A stretch of DNA of 64,000 nucleotides from a virus (Duplodnaviria > Caudoviricetes). The DNA lies in IMG/VR virus record IMGVR_UViG_3300021431_000092, positions 1 to 64,000 of that record. One strand, written 5' to 3'. Below the pieces are notes generated by a model that saw only the letters and a list, made by a program, of their open reading frames with translations, did no database searches and was not told the DNA's origin. Made by a program: the position numbers and the translations under genes. Each line of letters begins with the position of its first letter. Positions within the stretch are counted from its first letter, which is position 1. Of the stretch, positions 58,486 to 64,000 are shown piece after piece.

Positions 58486-59463
58486 CGTCAATTCCGCCAT
58501 TTCTGACAGGACAGACTATATCTTCTATGGAATATCTATTACCAACATTCCACAGCCGCGCGCTTCGGGCAATGCCCTACTCTACTTGCTTCTTCTCATA
58601 GATATTTCTTCTATGATATGCTTTCGATAGTCGTTACACTTTTATCAATCAATTGCACTTGAATGGAATTCATATCCTTTGTATATCCGGTGTATGCGTC
58701 CGTGAATCGCTGCGCTTACATTACTAATATTCAGGTTGTTATCTCTTGCAAACTTTGATATATTTGTGATACTCTCTCTTGAACCGTCTGGTTTTATCAC
58801 ATATACATAACCTAATTTTGTATGAGCTTTAACCTTTCCAACGTCTCCGCGCCTTGCATTCTCTGACACCGTAACCCATTCACAGTTGCTTGGAGTATAA
58901 TCTCCATTAGAATCGAGTCTATCTATTGAAAGACCGTCTTTATATCCGTTCGAAATAGCCCACCTTTTGAACGCATCATATCCACCAAGTAGCCATTCGT
59001 CGCACATTACAACGCCTTTACCACCATAGCACTCATATCTCGGATTGTTTGGGTTATAACACCTTTGCTTTATACCATGATAAATATGATATAGTTTTTC
59101 ATTCCTAACTCCAGACTCCCTACATTTATTACAGAACTCAGTTTTTCTGCGCTTCAATGCATTCCTGTCGACCCACACTTCATTGCCGCAATCACACACA
59201 CATAGCCAACTCGTCTTCCTGTTCGGCAACTCTCCTGTTTGCTTGTATTTATCAGTGACAGTTAAACTCCCAAACTTCTTACCAACAATATCAAGCTTCA
59301 CATGCTTCACGATCATCACCCCCTTATTATTTTTTAATAATATGCTATTGATTGATACTTAGCACGGTATTACCATATCCACTTCGGACTTAGGCTCTCT
59401 TACCACCTTAACCTCTCGGTTTAGTTGACCGTTTTCACGCGGTTTTGATTGGGCAAATCAATC
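58486..59463 (-). mobile_element. Group I intron (978 nt) in dnaE with an intact HNH endonuclease gene
   Basis: Exon UUGGGU pairs with IGS GCCCAA; R gtaacgacta and S aagatatagtc on the - strand; terminal G at 58486; ORF looped out between tatcaatcaat/attgattgata. Confidence 0.92.
58645..59319 (-). CDS. Intron-encoded HNH homing endonuclease
   Basis: DIVGKKFGSLTV..WLCVCDCG..GIKQRCYN..YGGKG..SIDRLDSNGDYTPSNCEW..EN; C-terminal HTH. Confidence 0.88.
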   Translation of the reverse strand: MMIVKHVKLDIVGKKFGSLTVTDKYKQTGELPNRKTSWLCVCDCGNEVWVDRNALKRRKTEFCNKCRESGVRNEKLYHIYHGIKQRCYNPNNPRYECYGGKGVVMCDEWLLGGYDAFKRWAISNGYKDGLSIDRLDSNGDYTPSNCEWVTVSENARRGDVGKVKAHTKLGYVYVIKPDGSRESITNISKFARDNNLNISNVSAAIHGRIHRIYKGYEFHSSAID

Positions 59464-61651
59464 ACCCAAACTGATAACTTGCGCTATCTTCTATGACCTG
59501 TAAGAACTCCTTAGCTTCTTGCTCCGCCTGCTCTCTCGGCTTGTCTGATTTGCTACAATACCCTTCTAAGATTGATGGCATCGCCGCATCCAATCTGTCT
59601 CTTTGCTTACGCCCAATCGCTCTTCTTATGTTGTCAGCGGCGCTTCCTGATAGACCGCATATCTGTTGCAGGAATGCAATCGTGTCTTCTTGATAAACCA
59701 GATATCCGAGGTTGTTTTCAAGTAACTTATCGATTATAGGTGACGGATTTTTGTGAATCTTGCGAGACAATAAATCGTCTCTATATGAGGCTCCAGTCGG
59801 TCTGATACATGCTGTAACAAGACTCATGTCAAATATGTTTCTAGGTCGCATTTTCTTCAAGCAATCGAAAGCAAAGGGACTTTCAAACTGGAAAAGCATC
59901 GCATTACTTGTCATCATATCATCCCATACCGCTTCGTCATTCCAGTCTATCTCATTTGTTTTCGGGTATTTTATTCCTATCAGATCACACGCATCTCTTA
60001 TTCTTGTGACGGTTGATAAGATCAGGAAGTCGTACTTTGCAAGACCAGTATAGTCATGTATGTTTTCCATATCCAACATCAAGCACGGCTCCCCGTCTTT
60101 GTTGAAAACACCATAGTTATCTCTCAGCGTTATAGGGCTGATAACCATACCGGCCGGATGAACCGACTGCGAAATGATGACGTTGAGAAGCCCGTCGTAG
60201 TAGTAGAATAAGTCAGGGTATTTCTTCTTTGTTCCTTCAGGATCGGAGTCAAACTCCGCTTTTATTTCTGCAATATTCTTTAGGCTGTACGGATTGTCGC
60301 TGCTGTTTCCGCCCATCATATCTATCCATCTTGAAGAGAGGCATCTTCCGACTTCATCTATGACACCCTTCTCCTTGATAGTTCCGAACGAAGCTACGCG
60401 AGCTGTTTTCTCAATACCAAACCTATCTATAATGTGCTTGAAAATTGCTGGACGATCTGTCTCAACGCAATCGATATCGATATCTCCTATCTCCTCTCGA
60501 TCCTCATTACAAAACCGAGAAAAAACAGTATGCCATGTTTCTGGATTAAGGTCAATAATATCTGTTACATATGCGACTCGCGAACCACCGACAGAACCTC
60601 TTGCTGTTCCAATGGCCATTCCTTGATCCTTACACCATGAAATCAATTCGCTCATGGAAAGCATGAACCCATCCATCTTGAGCTTCTGAAAAACGCGCAT
60701 TTCCTCATCAATCGAAGCTCTGAATGCATTTTTCTGCGACTCCGAGATAACGCCGGAATCGAGTTTGTCTTGAAACTTTCTCTCAACAGTTTCAACAAAC
60801 TTCTTTGAATCCTCTTCTCTTGTACCGTACAATATTGGATACTTGATTGAGGTGTCTAAAATGATTTCATCTGTCATCTCAACGAGTCTATTCGTATTCT
60901 CAATTGCTTCAAGATACACAGCCTCTGGCAGAGCAGCTTGGCGAGAGAACATCTCAACTAGCTCAGGATACGTTTTGTATGTCAGGTCAAAAGAATCCTC
61001 GTCGCCGTAACTCTTTCTCTTTGCCTCAAGCAAAACCTGCCTACACTCTGCCATGTATTTCGAAGAGCTGTGTGTGTCAGTACCCGCTATCAGAGGGGTT
61101 CCAAGTTGTTTCGAGAGATCAAATAGTCGTTTATTAAACAATACCTGATCCTCATGTGAATGCCCCTGAATTTCAAGAAAATCATACTTTTGAGCAAGCT
61201 CCATATATCTTGGATGTGTAGTCGGTAGTCTGTTTAATGGAGAAGCGAGACATGCACTCGTTGAGATTATATTATCAGACATATTCAGGAACTCATCAAA
61301 ACTGATTCGATTTACATAATAGAAATGATCTTCATCGCATGATCTACTAACGAGCTCGTTCAGCTCTCTGAGACCATCCATATTTCTGGCCATCAATACA
61401 ACATGGTAGTTATCTCTTACTTTATTATCAAGAGATTCTGTCAGGTATAATTCTACGCTATGTATGTATTTAATACCGGCCTTTTTACATGCTCCCCATT
61501 TTTCAGTCCAGTTAAGTGGCTTGCCGTGCTCTGAAATAGATAATGCTTTTGCACCATCTCTTACGGCCAGCTCAATATAGTCCTGATATTTTGTTGCGCT
61601 ATCTAACAAGCTATAATATGAATGGCAATGATACATCGTGTAAGACTTCAT
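59464..61651 (-). CDS. dnaE: DNA polymerase III alpha subunit, exon 1 (spliced product 1045 aa)
   Basis: PHP HCHSYYSLLD, ARGSVGGS, GDIDID, SVHPAG, KYDFL, LVYQE. Confidence 0.95.
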
Positions 61652-61894
61652 TTAACCACCCCAATCGATATTGTCGAACACATCGTCAATTGTATCATCT
61701 CTTCTGATCCAATTTACCTCAATGTGTCCACATTTTCTACACCTCGATACTTCAACATCTACGTTTTTATGTACTTCAACCACATCATATATACACGGAT
61801 CAAGTTCGCTACGTCCGTCAGGCTTGATTGAAATGCCATTGTGATATTCACACTTACTCTTCTTCATATTTACCAGACGTTTCATCGACAACAA
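61652..61894 (-). CDS. Hypothetical protein with CRKCG (start uncertain)
   Basis: 80-aa ORF abutting dnaE. Confidence 0.6.
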   Translation of the reverse strand: MLSMKRLVNMKKSKCEYHNGISIKPDGRSELDPCIYDVVEVHKNVDVEVSRCRKCGHIEVNWIRRDDTIDDVFDNIDWGG

Positions 61895-62111
61895 CCATGC
61901 GAATATTAAAATTCGACACGACTTTTGTGTCCTTCAAACGCCTATTCACCTCTCTTTCGACTTCTCTATCGAACCTTCTGCTGTCTTTAGACCAAACCTT
62001 AGCAGAAATCCAAGCAAAAAAGCCAGAACAAGCTGCTGCAAAAGCCAAAATTTCAGCCGCCCACTTCAAAAATCCCACAAACAACATCTCCTTTACAGCC
62101 TGTAACGGCAT
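61854..62111 (-). CDS. Small membrane hypothetical protein (start uncertain)
   Basis: Hydrophobic N-terminal half, charged C-terminal half; fills the gap. Confidence 0.5.
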   Translation of the reverse strand: MPLQAVKEMLFVGFLKWAAEILAFAAACSGFFAWISAKVWSKDSRRFDREVEREVNRRLKDTKVVSNFNIRMVVVDETSGKYEEE

Positions 62112-63088
62112 TCATTATATAATTTTCTGAAAACAGACTCTCCTTTGTCGACAGGAGCATCTTTTGCAGATAAAAGTCGCTTAAAATCGTATAAGTACGA
62201 CACATTTACGTACTGTTTGAGCGTCTGGATGTTCTTGTCTGCCTTAACATCGATCTCTTCGTCGAGTGCAAACACAACAGGCACGCCGAGCCGCGCTAAA
62301 ATCTTCATTTGAGACGGGTTTAAGTGCGAAGTTAGTAGCGCTCCTGTATTTTTGAAGCCAAATCCCCGTGCTAGAAGCACCGATTTCATTCCTTCGAACA
62401 AAATCACCTCATGTTTGTCACGGATTGCGTCTTTATTTTCATAAAGACCGTACAAAACAGCCATTTGGCCACCCCAACCATGCCTGTAACCGTACTTTGA
62501 GATGCCCTTTGCCTTAAAATCAGGATCAAGAGTCCTCATTCCGACATTTACAAGCTGTCCGGCGTCATTTTTGATTGGGTAGACGATGCAGTTTGAAAAA
62601 CTATCGTATTTTACGCCGAAAAACTTCATCGCCTCGTCAGTAATACCCTCATCTCTCCAAATTTGAAGCTTCTCAGGTCTGTTCTCGTACCGATCCATGT
62701 AATTATCTGGCAGAGCGTGTATAAAACCCGTCTTTTGTTGTCGTTTTTTCGCCTTAAAAGCGCTACAAACCTTAGTTGCGCTCATTTTTTCAGCAAATTT
62801 GACTTCTCCATCGTCATCTTCTGAGATACCAGCGTACTTTTTCAGTATTTTCACTGCCTTCCACGCCGGTACATTGTGGTACTTCTGAATAAAGAACAAA
62901 ACCGATCCGCCTTGACCGCTTGAGAAGTCGTAGAACTTATTTGTCTCTCTTCTTACAGAAAACGACGGTGTGTTTTCGTCTTTGAACGGGGAGAGCCCCC
63001 AATATTCCCCGTTCTTTTCTTCAAGGTCGACATATTGACCGATGTACTCGACAATATCAACCGACTCGATAAGTTTCGTCAAGTCCAT
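62093..63088 (-). CDS. dnaG: DNA primase (degenerate CHC2 finger + TOPRIM)
   Basis: GLSPFKDENTPSF..FYDFSSG; IVYPI..GMR; LFEG; FALDEE; KDAPVD. Confidence 0.85.
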   Translation of the reverse strand: MDLTKLIESVDIVEYIGQYVDLEEKNGEYWGLSPFKDENTPSFSVRRETNKFYDFSSGQGGSVLFFIQKYHNVPAWKAVKILKKYAGISEDDDGEVKFAEKMSATKVCSAFKAKKRQQKTGFIHALPDNYMDRYENRPEKLQIWRDEGITDEAMKFFGVKYDSFSNCIVYPIKNDAGQLVNVGMRTLDPDFKAKGISKYGYRHGWGGQMAVLYGLYENKDAIRDKHEVILFEGMKSVLLARGFGFKNTGALLTSHLNPSQMKILARLGVPVVFALDEEIDVKADKNIQTLKQYVNVSYLYDFKRLLSAKDAPVDKGESVFRKLYNECRYRL

Positions 63089-63105
63089 CGAATCATCACC
63101 TCGCT

Positions 63106-63661
63106 TTAGACCTCATTCCCCCAGCAATCCCATCCGTCTCGCTCGCTCCGAGCATACATTTCGAGCTTGTTAAGATTGGGGTAGAGTCTTTCAATAATTT
63201 CATATGCAATCTGCGGCTTCTGACTATGTTTTTTAACCTGCTCTGTAAAGACTGTATGAATTTTGCCTCTTTCTTCTGTGGCTACAGGTGTAAGTTTACC
63301 TTTATACATATAGAGAAGATACTCATGACCAAATCTTACTGTAAACGCCGCAGGAATACCAGTTACCTTATTCCAAATCATCCTTGCATGAAGTTTATAA
63401 CCAAGATCCTCTGCTATTCGCTGTGCTTCGAATAGAAATTTATCGATTGTCCAAAGGAACATGACACTGTTGTCTGTTGTGTGCGAAACCGCAGTTGATA
63501 TGTGGCCTTTTATCTCGTCAATAGTACACGTACTATAGTCAAGGCCAGTTCCACTTGTGTTTGGCCTAACGGACTTCCGCCCCCTTATTTTGTTTCCACG
63601 GCGGGTCTATGTATAGTAGACCATACACGTTTTCAGTCCTACTAAGATCATCTATTACCAT
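63106..63661 (-). pseudogene. MT-A70-family adenine methyltransferase, frameshifted at a G5 run
   Basis: 5' part LYIDPPW; 3' part MFLWT..IWNK..EYLL..HSQKP..LEMYAR..GWDCWGNE; ATG 63661 is one nucleotide out of frame with the 63462 ORF and hits TAG at 63568-63566. Confidence 0.82.
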
Positions 63662-63676
63662 CTCAACACCCCGTAA

Positions 63677-64000
63677 TCAATATGGCTCTTCGATAACATG
63701 CTGTCTCTCAGCCTGCTTGTATCTACAAAAACTTCCCTCAAAATCCATGTCAATCCATTCATTTTCCGTCATTTGCGGGCCGTTTCTGTTGAATAAAACC
63801 CTTAACTTCTTTGTTGCGCCCGTTCCATCAGACTGCACCTGCTCAATTGGCTTATCCATAATAGAGATTACGGTCGACATCGATCGAGCTATTCTTGCCG
63901 AGTCTGCAATTCTTCCGGTTGCTGTTGTTTGCGCAGCGGTCAGACCACATATCCCCATCTCGCCCGCTATTTTGTTCTTCAAAATATCTGCGCAGTTTCC
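63677..64000 (-). CDS. Replicative DnaB-like helicase, C-terminal part (runs off the window)
   Basis: LKNKIA..LTAAQ..IADSARIAR..NRNG; upstream of the primase. Confidence 0.75.
   Translation of the reverse strand, partial: GNCADILKNKIAGEMGICGLTAAQTTATGRIADSARIARSMSTVISIMDKPIEQVQSDGTGATKKLRVLFNRNGPQMTENEWIDMDFEGSFCRYKQAERQHVIEEPY

Overview
This window is almost entirely one large temperate tailed phage with SPbeta-like (yon/yom/yor) gene organisation. The host is probably an anaerobic Firmicute, most likely a cellulosome-producing Ruminococcus-like bacterium (inferred). The + strand (about 2.4-44.7 kb) encodes a YonO-type single-subunit RNA polymerase, terminase, portal, protease/scaffold, capsid, tail, tape measure, baseplate and fibre proteins, and the lysis genes. 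An apparently intact attP (tRNA 3'-end core with four arm repeats) follows. The - strand arm (45-64 kb) encodes integrase, a macrodomain protein, nucleotide-metabolism genes (dut, nrdDG/nrdH, thyX, phoH), ClpP, DnaE, primase and the end of a helicase. Highlights: (1) a dockerin-like module inserted in the distal tail protein, suggesting adsorption to cellulosome cohesins; (2) four group I introns with nucleotide-resolved predicted splice sites, in terL, the major capsid gene, a head-tail gene and dnaE; (3) an Ig-like domain in frame behind the UGA stop of the major tail gene, a readthrough candidate; (4) a probable ATT start codon for the phage RNA polymerase. All family calls come from motif recognition; no database searches were run.
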